Assembly: GCA_021817345.1 (NCBI GenBank)
Contig: JAKAVC010000134.1
Location: 4,311-68,310, forward strand
Length of the DNA stretch: 64,000 nt
Reading direction: 5' to 3'
Source of the DNA: Deltaproteobacteria bacterium
GTDB taxonomy: Bacteria; Desulfobacterota; Binatia; Binatales; Binataceae
Shown: positions 56,509-64,000 of the stretch, piece after piece
Position numbering within the stretch: the first letter of the stretch is position 1
How the letters are laid out: each line of letters begins with the position of its first letter
Made by a program: the position numbers and the translations under genes
The notes under the pieces: model-generated
Database searches by the model: none
Told to the model about the DNA's origin: nothing
Seen by the model: the letters and a program-made list of their open reading frames with translations, nothing else

Positions 56509-57963
56509 ATGGGATCGAATCCGCCTCCTTCGGGAAGGAATTTGCCCCACGTCGCGATTATCGGCGGCGGAATCGCGGGACTTGCGGCCGCCTACCGGCT
56601 TCGCGAACTTGCCGCGGCGCACGAAACCCCAATTCTGACCACGGTGCTCGAGCGCGAGGAGCGCGCCGGCGGCTCGCTCTCGACGATACGGCGCGACGGC
56701 TTCGTGATCGAAACCGGCGCCGACTCGATGCTCACGGAAAAGCTGTGGGGACTCGCCCTTGTGCGCCGCCTCGGGCTTGAATCCGAGTTGATCCCGACCC
56801 GCGAGGAATTCCGCAAGACCTACGTCGTGCGCGCGGGACGGCTGGTTGAAATTCCCGCCGGCTTCACGCTGCTTGCGCCGACCCGCGTCGTTCCGATCCT
56901 GCTGAGCCCGCTTTTCTCGCCGCTCGCGAAGTTGCGCATGGGACTGGAAGTCTTCATCCCGGCGCGCCGTAGCGACGAGGACGAAAGCCTCGGCTCGTTC
57001 GTTAGGCGCCGCTTCGGGCGCGAGGTGCTCGAGCGCGTCGCGCAACCGCTCGCGGGCGGGATCTACACCGCCGACCCGGAGAAACTGAGCCTTAGGGCCA
57101 CGATGCCGCGATTCCTGGAGATGGAGCGCCGCTACGGCAGCGTGATACGCGGGATGCGCGCTGCGGAATCCGCGCGGGCGGCGCGCAGCCAAAGCGGCAC
57201 CAGCGGCGCGCGATGGGGCCTGTTCGCGAGCTTTCGCACCGGGATGCAGGCGCTTGCCGACGCGCTGATTTCGCGGCTCGAAGACTCGGTCCGATCGCGC
57301 GTCGAAGTCTCCGCGCTTGCGCGCGAAGGCAAAGGATGGGTCGTCGAGACCGCCGATGGCCAGAGACTTCGCGCCGACGCGGTGATTATCGCCGCGCCCG
57401 CCCACGTGGCGGCGCGCCTTCTCGGACAAATCCATCCCGAGCTTTCGGCGACACTCGCGCGAATCGAGTATTCGTCGGCCGCAACCGTCAATCTCGCCTG
57501 GCGCAACGAGGATTTTCCGCGGCGTCCCGATTCGTTCGGCTTCGTGGTGCCGGCGGTTGAGCGGAGAAAGATAATCGCGGGCAGCTTTTCCAGCCTCAAG
57601 TACGAGCATCGCGCACCCGACGGTTTTATCCTCGCCCGCGCGTTTTTGGGTGGCGTGCTGCAGAGCGCGATGATGGAACTCTCGGACGACGAGATGGTCG
57701 CCGCGGCCCGCGACGAGTTCCGCGCGCTATTGGGCGTCGAGGCCACGCCGGTTCTTAGCGAGGTCCGCCGATGGCCGCGCGCGATGCCGCAGTATGAGGT
57801 CGGCCATCTGGAACGCGCCGACGCGATCGATCGCCTGGTCGCTTCGATGGACGGTCTTGGGCTTGCAGGCTCGGCCTATCGAGGGGTTGGCGTTCCCGAT
57901 TGCGTGCACGGCGCCGAGCAGGCCGCCGAGAATATCTTCGCGCGGTTGACGGCGCGCGCCTGA
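56509..57963 (+). CDS. hemY: protoporphyrinogen/coproporphyrinogen III oxidase (HemY/CgoX family)
   Basis: FAD-binding VAIIGGGIAGLAAA motif. 484 aa. Confidence 0.88.
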   Translation: MGSNPPPSGRNLPHVAIIGGGIAGLAAAYRLRELAAAHETPILTTVLEREERAGGSLSTIRRDGFVIETGADSMLTEKLWGLALVRRLGLESELIPTREEFRKTYVVRAGRLVEIPAGFTLLAPTRVVPILLSPLFSPLAKLRMGLEVFIPARRSDEDESLGSFVRRRFGREVLERVAQPLAGGIYTADPEKLSLRATMPRFLEMERRYGSVIRGMRAAESARAARSQSGTSGARWGLFASFRTGMQALADALISRLEDSVRSRVEVSALAREGKGWVVETADGQRLRADAVIIAAPAHVAARLLGQIHPELSATLARIEYSSAATVNLAWRNEDFPRRPDSFGFVVPAVERRKIIAGSFSSLKYEHRAPDGFILARAFLGGVLQSAMMELSDDEMVAAARDEFRALLGVEATPVLSEVRRWPRAMPQYEVGHLERADAIDRLVASMDGLGLAGSAYRGVGVPDCVHGAEQAAENIFARLTARA

Positions 57964-57984
57964 GCGTGCCGTTTTAGAGGCACG

Positions 57985-59229
57985 ATGGACGCGGTCTGCG
58001 AGATCTCGCATCCGGCGCGGGTTATCGCCCACGCCGACATGGACGCGTTTTACGCCTCGGTCGAACAGCTCGACAATCCCGCGCTGCGCGGGCGTCCGGT
58101 TATCGTCGGCGGCCGGAGCAATCGCGGCGTGGTGACCTCGGCCTCCTACGAGGCGCGCCGCTACGGCGTGCGTTCCGCGATGCCAACGGTCCAGGCGCGC
58201 CGGCTCTGTCCCGATGGAGTGTTCGTTGCGGGCCGGATGGATCGTTATGTCGAGGTCTCGCGCACTGTGCGCTCGGTCTTCGAGAGCTTCAGCCCCATGG
58301 TCGAGCCGCTTTCGCTCGACGAGGCCTTTATTGATCTTACCGGAAGCGAACGCCTGCTCGGACCGCCGCTCGACGTTGGGCGCGCGATGAAGCGCCGGAT
58401 GCACGAGGAAACGGGGCTCGTCGTTTCGGTCGGAATCGCGCCGACCAAGATGGCGGCGAAGATTCTCTCCGACATGTCGAAGCCCGACGGCCTGCTCTAT
58501 CTCGGCGCCGAGTACGTGACGGAATTTCTCGCCCCGCTCCCGGTCGAACGATTGTGGGGCGTCGGACGGGTGACGCTGAAGAAGATGCACGCGGCGGGTA
58601 TCCATACGATCGGGGAGCTTGCCGCGTCCGAGCCGGCGGTTCTAAAGGCGCACTTCGGCTCCTTCGGCGCGCATCTTCACGAGCTTGCAAACGGAATCGA
58701 CCCGCGCCCGGTAATTCCCGACTGGCAGCGCAAATCCTACGGCGAGGAAAGCACTTTCCCACGCGATCTGGAACGCGCAAGCCTCGAACTGAGGCGCATC
58801 CTGATAGCCCACGGCGAGGCGCTCGGGCGGCGGCTTCGAAGCGATCGCGTGCGCGCGCGCACGGTTACGCTCAAGCTCAAGCTCGCGCGTCCGCTCGGTG
58901 AAGGCCGCTACCCGGTTCTGACCCGCAGCTTCTCGCTCGAACGTCCTACCGACGACGGCGTCGAAATCTCGAACGTCGCGTTAGCCCTGCTCGACCGCGT
59001 GCGCGAGCCCGACCGCATCCGGCTCGCGGGGATTCATGTGCACAATCTCGAACGCTCGGAGCCGCGCCAGATGGGCCTGTTCGAGGCGTCGGCGGCGCAT
59101 CCGCGGGATTCGAAGCGCGAACGGCTTAACCAGGCGCTCGATTCGCTCGCCAAGCGTTTCGGCGAAGAGACCGTCACCCGCGGACTCGCAAGAGCCGAGC
59201 GCGCCGCCCCAACCCGCCGCGACAAGTAG
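57985..59229 (+). CDS. dinB: DNA polymerase IV
   Basis: Y-family polymerase motifs DMDAFYASVE and SIDEAFLD-like. Confidence 0.92.
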   Translation: MDAVCEISHPARVIAHADMDAFYASVEQLDNPALRGRPVIVGGRSNRGVVTSASYEARRYGVRSAMPTVQARRLCPDGVFVAGRMDRYVEVSRTVRSVFESFSPMVEPLSLDEAFIDLTGSERLLGPPLDVGRAMKRRMHEETGLVVSVGIAPTKMAAKILSDMSKPDGLLYLGAEYVTEFLAPLPVERLWGVGRVTLKKMHAAGIHTIGELAASEPAVLKAHFGSFGAHLHELANGIDPRPVIPDWQRKSYGEESTFPRDLERASLELRRILIAHGEALGRRLRSDRVRARTVTLKLKLARPLGEGRYPVLTRSFSLERPTDDGVEISNVALALLDRVREPDRIRLAGIHVHNLERSEPRQMGLFEASAAHPRDSKRERLNQALDSLAKRFGEETVTRGLARAERAAPTRRDK

Positions 59230-59660
59230 CTCGCTTAAACCCGAGGTCTTTTCAGATGACGTCGTTGCAGGTCCTTAGAAAGCCGCATCGGAGGCACACG
59301 TACTTGCAATGGCCCATCGGCTTCATTGCCGAGCCGCACGCGTCTCATCGCGCGCTTTCGTCGCGATAACGGCCCGATACCTCGCGGCCCTCGCCCGCTT
59401 CGGCATAATTGACGGAGTCCGAACTGTCCTTCTCCTTCGCCATCGCGCCACCTTCCCCTCGTAACCGATAGCCGAGCCGGCCGCCGTTTGCGAGAAAACG
59501 CGCGATGCGCTTTTCTTACCAGACGCCATACCCGAAAGGATTGACGGAGCCTCGGGCGGGCGGCGATTCTATCCGAACTGGAGGCTGTCCATGGCTCGCG
59601 CCCTTGACTGAGCCTCGAATTTAAGGCTTTTCAAGAGGCTCGTCAGGACAGGAGCACAGG

Positions 59661-60104
59661 TTGATGATTAAGATTGCGAACATTCTCTATGCCACCGACT
59701 TCTCCCCGTACGCGGATCGGGTTCTGGAGCACGCCACCACGATGGCTCACCTCTACAGCTCCAAGCTCTACATGGTCCACGTGATCAGGAACCCCGCCGA
59801 CAAGGTTTACGGCACGCTGCACGGCGATTACCACGCGCTTATCGAGGGTGCCCGTAAGAAGGCGGCCGAACTGATGGCGCGCTACGACGACCAGGTCAAG
59901 GATCTGCTCCATGAAGCGATTTACAAGGAGGGCGACCCGGTTTACGAAATCCTGCGCGTGATAGACGAAAAGAAAATCGACCTCGTGGTTATCGGCTCGC
60001 ACGGCGAAGGCCCGCTTGAGCATCTGCTGATGGGCAGCACTTGCGACAAGGTGGTGCGCAGCGCGCCCTGCCCCGTCCTGGTGGTGCGCTATCCGCGCAA
60101 ATAG
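59661..60104 (+). CDS. uspA: universal stress protein
   Basis: UspA fold motifs (ILYATDFS...VIGSHG...GSTCDKVVR). Confidence 0.85.
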   Translation: MMIKIANILYATDFSPYADRVLEHATTMAHLYSSKLYMVHVIRNPADKVYGTLHGDYHALIEGARKKAAELMARYDDQVKDLLHEAIYKEGDPVYEILRVIDEKKIDLVVIGSHGEGPLEHLLMGSTCDKVVRSAPCPVLVVRYPRK

Positions 60105-60272
60105 CCTGGTCTGACCTGATTTTCCCGGCACGCCGCCGGACCGATGCTTTACAGGGCGCGTCCGGCGGCACGCGCGTGGCTGATTCGCGATACGCCTGCG
60201 CTTGGACAGTCCGCGCGGTTGTCGGATAATACGATTTCCTATCCCGACAGGTGAGGTGGCACGTCCCTCGCG

Positions 60273-61682
60273 ATGGCGGCTGAGACCCTTTTTGAGAAAA
60301 TCTGGAAGAATCACGTCGTTTTCGAGCGGCCCGGCGAACCTGCGCTGCTCTATATCGACCTGCATCTGATCCACGAGGTTACTTCCCCTCAGGCGTTCGA
60401 GGCGCTGCGCAACAGCGGCCGCAAGGTGCGGGTGCCCGCGCGCACCTTCGGAACGCTCGATCATAACGTCCCGACCACGGACCGATCGCTGCCTATCGAG
60501 GACCCCGACTCGCGCATTCAGGTCGAGATGATGCGGCGCAATTGCCGCGAGTTCGGCGTCCCGTTGTTCGATCTCGGCTCGCGCGAGCAGGGTATCGTCC
60601 ACGTGATCGGCCCCGAACTCGGCCTCACCCAGCCCGGGATGACCATCGTATGCGGCGACAGCCAAGATCCGACCCACGGCGCGGTCGGCGCGCTCGCCTT
60701 CGGAATCGGCACCAGCGAGGTCGAGCACGTGCTGGCCACGCAATGCCTGTGGCAGAGCCGGCCGAAGACGATGGAGATTCGGGTCGACGGCCATCTGAAG
60801 CCCGGCGTCGCCGCAAAGGACCTTATTCTCGGGATTATCGGCCGTATCACCACCGACGGCGCGACCGGATGCGTCGTCGAATATCGCGGCGCGGCGTTCG
60901 AGGCGCTCTCGGTCGAAGAGCGGATGACCGTCTGCAACATGTCGATCGAAGCGGGCGCGCGCGCCGGGATGATCGCCGTCGATGAAAAGACGATCGATTA
61001 CCTGCGGGGACGGCGTTTCGCGCCCAAGGGCGCCGAATTCGACAAGGCCGCCGCGAAATGGCGCGAGCTTAGAAGCGACGAAGGCGCCAGATTCGACAAA
61101 AGCGTCCGCTTCGACGCGGCCTCTTTCGCGCCGCAGGTCACCTGGGGCACCAATCCCGGGATGGTCGTCGAGGTCACGGGCAAGGTTCCCGACCCCGCTG
61201 CGGTAAGCGATCCAAGTGAGCGCCGCGCAATCGAACGGGCACTGGAATACATGGGACTCGAGCCGAATGTGCCGATCCAGGACATCAGGATAGACCGCGT
61301 CTTTATCGGCTCCTGCACCAACTCGCGGATAAGCGACCTCAAGGCCGCCGCTGAGATAGTGCGCGGCCGCAAAGTTGCCGCGAGCGTCAACGCGATGGTT
61401 GTTCCGGGCTCGGAGCTGGTCAAGGAAGAAGCCGAAAAGCTGGGCCTGGACAAGATCTTTCGCGAAGCGGGCTTCGAATGGCGCGAGCCGGGATGCAGCA
61501 TGTGCCTCGGCATGAATCCCGACATCCTGAGGCCGGGCGAGCGATGCGCCAGCACGTCGAACCGCAATTTCGAGGGACGCCAGGGCAAGGGCGGGCGAAC
61601 CCATCTGGTGAGCCCCCAGATGGCGGCGGCCGCCGCACTCGCGGGCCATTTCGTCGATATCCGCGACTGGCCGAAAAACTAA
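60273..61682 (+). CDS. leuC: 3-isopropylmalate dehydratase large subunit
   Basis: Aconitase-family motifs and Cys ligands ([16 protein letters not shown]). Confidence 0.93.
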   Translation: MAAETLFEKIWKNHVVFERPGEPALLYIDLHLIHEVTSPQAFEALRNSGRKVRVPARTFGTLDHNVPTTDRSLPIEDPDSRIQVEMMRRNCREFGVPLFDLGSREQGIVHVIGPELGLTQPGMTIVCGDSQDPTHGAVGALAFGIGTSEVEHVLATQCLWQSRPKTMEIRVDGHLKPGVAAKDLILGIIGRITTDGATGCVVEYRGAAFEALSVEERMTVCNMSIEAGARAGMIAVDEKTIDYLRGRRFAPKGAEFDKAAAKWRELRSDEGARFDKSVRFDAASFAPQVTWGTNPGMVVEVTGKVPDPAAVSDPSERRAIERALEYMGLEPNVPIQDIRIDRVFIGSCTNSRISDLKAAAEIVRGRKVAASVNAMVVPGSELVKEEAEKLGLDKIFREAGFEWREPGCSMCLGMNPDILRPGERCASTSNRNFEGRQGKGGRTHLVSPQMAAAAALAGHFVDIRDWPKN

Positions 61683-61849
61683 CGCCGCGGCAGGTTCGCG
61701 AACACGGCGATCGCCCGTCTTCCGAAGGCGTTACAGACCGCTCCTTTTCCTGATAAGGGATTAAGAGCCAGGTTTCCGGGAAACCAGATACCGACGAACC
61801 TCGAACCTCAAGCCACTGACAGGGTAACCGCGGGAGAATCGATTCAGCG

Positions 61850-62440
61850 ATGCAAGCGTTCAAAAATTTCACCGGACTGGTCGCGCCTCTCGATCGTCCC
61901 AACGTCGATACCGATCAGATCATTCCCAAGCAGTTCCTGAAGGCCGTCGTGCGGACCGGACTCGGCAAGGGACTCTTTTACGACTGGCGCAACCAGCCCG
62001 ACAACCGGTTCGTGCTTGACCAGGAGCGTTTCCAGAAAGCGACGATACTGGTCGCACGGGCCAATTTCGGGTGCGGCAGTTCGCGCGAGCATGCGGTCTG
62101 GGCGCTGGCCGACTTCGGATTCAAGGCGATAATTGCGCCGTCCTTTGCCGACATCTTCCGCAACAACTGCCTCAAAAACGGGATGCTGCCGATTATCCTC
62201 AAGCCTGAGGAGGTCGAGGCGATTTTCCAGGACGTCAAGCGCCACGAAGGCTACGCGCTCACCGTCGATCTGCCCGCGCAGACGGTGTCGGACGAATTCG
62301 GATGGTCGGCGCGGTTCGAAATCGAGCCGTTCGCAAAAAAATGCCTGCTCGAAGGACTGGACGACGTCGCGCTGACCCTCGTCCACGAAAAGGAGATAAG
62401 CGCCTTCGAGAAGGCGCATCCGGTTCCTTACAAATCCTAG
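61850..62440 (+). CDS. leuD: 3-isopropylmalate dehydratase small subunit
   Basis: LeuD swivel-domain motifs ([12 protein letters not shown]). Confidence 0.93.
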   Translation: MQAFKNFTGLVAPLDRPNVDTDQIIPKQFLKAVVRTGLGKGLFYDWRNQPDNRFVLDQERFQKATILVARANFGCGSSREHAVWALADFGFKAIIAPSFADIFRNNCLKNGMLPIILKPEEVEAIFQDVKRHEGYALTVDLPAQTVSDEFGWSARFEIEPFAKKCLLEGLDDVALTLVHEKEISAFEKAHPVPYKS

Positions 62441-62662
62441 CCCGGGGTGCGCGCGACGGCGAATTTTTCGCCGTTCTGCATTATATTATTTGTAAGGCTT
62501 CAGGTTTCCTGCTCTGCTTTTTCAGCGGCCAAATCCGCCGTGACGCGCGAAGCCCGCGAATAGTGAATTTCGTTGGCGACAGTACCTGATCTCAAGCACG
62601 CGGACGCACCCACGACTCCGATTCTGCCGGCGCTGCTGACTGCGGAAAGCGGGGACGACCGG

Positions 62663-63631
62663 ATGCGGCTTGACGTGTTCGTCGCGGCACGGCTCTATCC
62701 AGAGTTCACGCGTTCGCAGGTCGCGCGGATGATCAAGGCGCATCTCGTCATGTTGAACGGCGAGCCCGCGCGCGCCTCGGCCGGTGTCAGAACCGGGGAC
62801 CGGGTGGAGATTCTGGCGCCGCGCCCGGCCGAAGCGCCCGAGTTGACCGCTAGCGCGCCGGATATCGCCGTCATGTACGCCGATGACGAGATAATCGTGG
62901 TCAACAAGCCGGCCGGCATGACGGTGCATCCCGCGCCCGGCCATCCCGACGCCACTTTGGTTGATGCGCTGCTCGCGCGCTTTCCGGAGCTTGCCCGGAT
63001 GGCGGAGCCGGACGGCGTGCTCCGGCCCGGAATCGTGCATCGGCTGGACAAGGAAACCTCGGGCGTGATGGTCGTCGCGCGCACGCCGTTCGCAAAGGCC
63101 TCGCTTTCGAACCAATTTAAGGAGCGCACGGTAAAAAAGGTCTATCTCGCGATCGTGCGCGGCACGGTCTCGCGCGAGAGGCTTACAATCTCGCGCCCGG
63201 TCGGCCGCCATCCGGTGGACCGCAAGCGTTTCTCGATAAGCTCGCATGCGGGGCGCGAGGCGGTGACGCACGTGATCGTGCTGAGGCGTTTCGCGCCGGT
63301 CGAACCCGACGGCGAGCCGGCCTCGATGGTCGCGGCGATACCGGAAACGGGGCGGACGCATCAGATTCGCGTGCATCTCGCCTCGATCGGGCATCCGTGC
63401 CTCGGCGACAAGCTTTACGGCGCACAGTCGAAGCGCGCCCGTGCGGGCTCCCGTTACGGTTTCGAACGCCATGCGCTGCACGCGCTTGCGCTTGCGTTCG
63501 CCCATCCGAGGAGCCGCGAGCGGTTGAAGTTTATCGCGCCTCTTGCGGAGGACTTCACGCGCTACCTGGAAAGCGTGGCGGCGAGCTTCGACGAGAAGGC
63601 GCTCGAGCGCCTCGTGGCGAATCTGAACTGA
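62663..63631 (+). CDS. rluD: RluA-family 23S rRNA pseudouridine synthase (RluD-like, with S4 domain)
   Basis: Catalytic HRLDKETSG motif and N-terminal S4 domain. The ORF track extends upstream to 62573. Confidence 0.85.
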   Translation: MRLDVFVAARLYPEFTRSQVARMIKAHLVMLNGEPARASAGVRTGDRVEILAPRPAEAPELTASAPDIAVMYADDEIIVVNKPAGMTVHPAPGHPDATLVDALLARFPELARMAEPDGVLRPGIVHRLDKETSGVMVVARTPFAKASLSNQFKERTVKKVYLAIVRGTVSRERLTISRPVGRHPVDRKRFSISSHAGREAVTHVIVLRRFAPVEPDGEPASMVAAIPETGRTHQIRVHLASIGHPCLGDKLYGAQSKRARAGSRYGFERHALHALALAFAHPRSRERLKFIAPLAEDFTRYLESVAASFDEKALERLVANLN

Positions 63632-63855
63632 CGAGACGTTGACAGGGTTCGCGGGCTCGGTTAGCGTTTAGTAAAGCTTCCGCGCTTGGGACGCTGGGGT
63701 TAGACCGACCACCGCCGTTCTTCGGCCAACCCAAGACAGCCGAATAAGCGGCTTCATCGTACCGTGACCCGGTCGTGCGGGTTTTTCGGTGTATCGGCTC
63801 AAGAGTTTCACCCCAACACAAGCGGAAATCATATCACGATCCTAACCCGTCGCTG

Positions 63856-63871
63856 TTGAACGAATGTTCAA
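63856..63871. promoter_or_regulatory. LexA/Cheo-box-like palindrome TTGAACGAATGTTCAA (GAAC-N4-GTTC)
   Basis: Perfect inverted repeat matching the CGAACRNRYGTTCG class of SOS boxes, about 70 bp upstream of the ATG at 63941. Confidence 0.45.
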
Positions 63872-63940
63872 CGGCCGAATCACGATAAATGGAGAACTCA
63901 GAAGAAAGAATCAGATCCCGGGGAAGGCATATGGCCAGGG

Positions 63941-64000
63941 GAAGAGGCGCATCCAAGCAGCATGAGATGCACGAGCCGGTGGGAGCAGTGGCCCCGATGC
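63941..64000 (+). CDS. 5' end of an unidentified gene (truncated by the window edge)
   Basis: ATG preceded by GGGGAAGG. Only 20 codons are visible. Confidence 0.3.

Noticed and set aside
62522-63505. 327-aa minus-strand ORF antisense to rluD
   Set aside because: The RluA-family motifs on the plus strand are clear; this is an antisense artefact.
1-64000. CRISPR arrays, rRNA genes, transposases or integrases
   Set aside because: No regularly spaced direct repeats, no rRNA-like conserved blocks and no recombinase or transposase motifs were seen in any frame.

Overview
High-GC (about 63-66%) chromosomal segment of a Gram-negative-type bacterium. The Tol-Pal, AsmA, YidC and SecG genes support this. 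The coding regions are densely packed housekeeping genes.

The left end carries dnaA (minus strand). DnaA boxes lie in the flanking intergenic regions, so these are oriC candidates. Downstream are hemL and a partial F0 ATP synthase cluster (atpZ/I-like, atpB, atpE) that ends at a clear rho-independent terminator.

The middle carries the classical origin-proximal block on the minus strand (rpmH-rnpA-yidD-yidC-jag), then mnmE-mnmG-rsmG-parA-parB-tag on the plus strand. There are two parS palindromes. rpmH is missing from the ORF track; I found it by hand.

Immediately after tag lies a lower-GC island of about 5.5 kb (about 28866-34400) bounded by two diverged 43-bp copies of a tag coding segment. 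It holds a three-gene, translationally coupled minus-strand operon:
- a 218-aa N6-adenine methyltransferase (MTase) N-terminal-like module;
- a 539-aa Eco57I/TaqI-like gamma-class N6-adenine MTase (GNPPY);
- an 846-aa protein fusing an N-terminal GIY-YIG (T5orf172-like) nuclease domain to an SF2 DExH helicase.
This looks like an atypical ATP-dependent restriction-modification / defence system. It is the most interesting part of the window.

The rest encodes:
- two tandem family-III CoA-transferases, an alkaline-phosphatase-family protein, a formyltransferase-like protein, a BNR-repeat protein and a radical-SAM protein;
- tRNA-Leu(GAG), secG and the glycolytic tpiA-pgk-gap cluster;
- the complete tolQ-tolR-tolA-tolB-pal-cpoB cluster and ribF;
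- an F420/LLM-type oxidoreductase;
- a heme cluster containing an apparent HemD-HemE fusion followed by hemH and hemY;
- dinB, uspA, leuCD and rluD.

No rRNA, CRISPR array, transposase or integrase was seen. The supplied ORF track reports GTG/TTG starts as M (verified at 20985-20987, 25925 and 26766), so several N-termini are uncertain.
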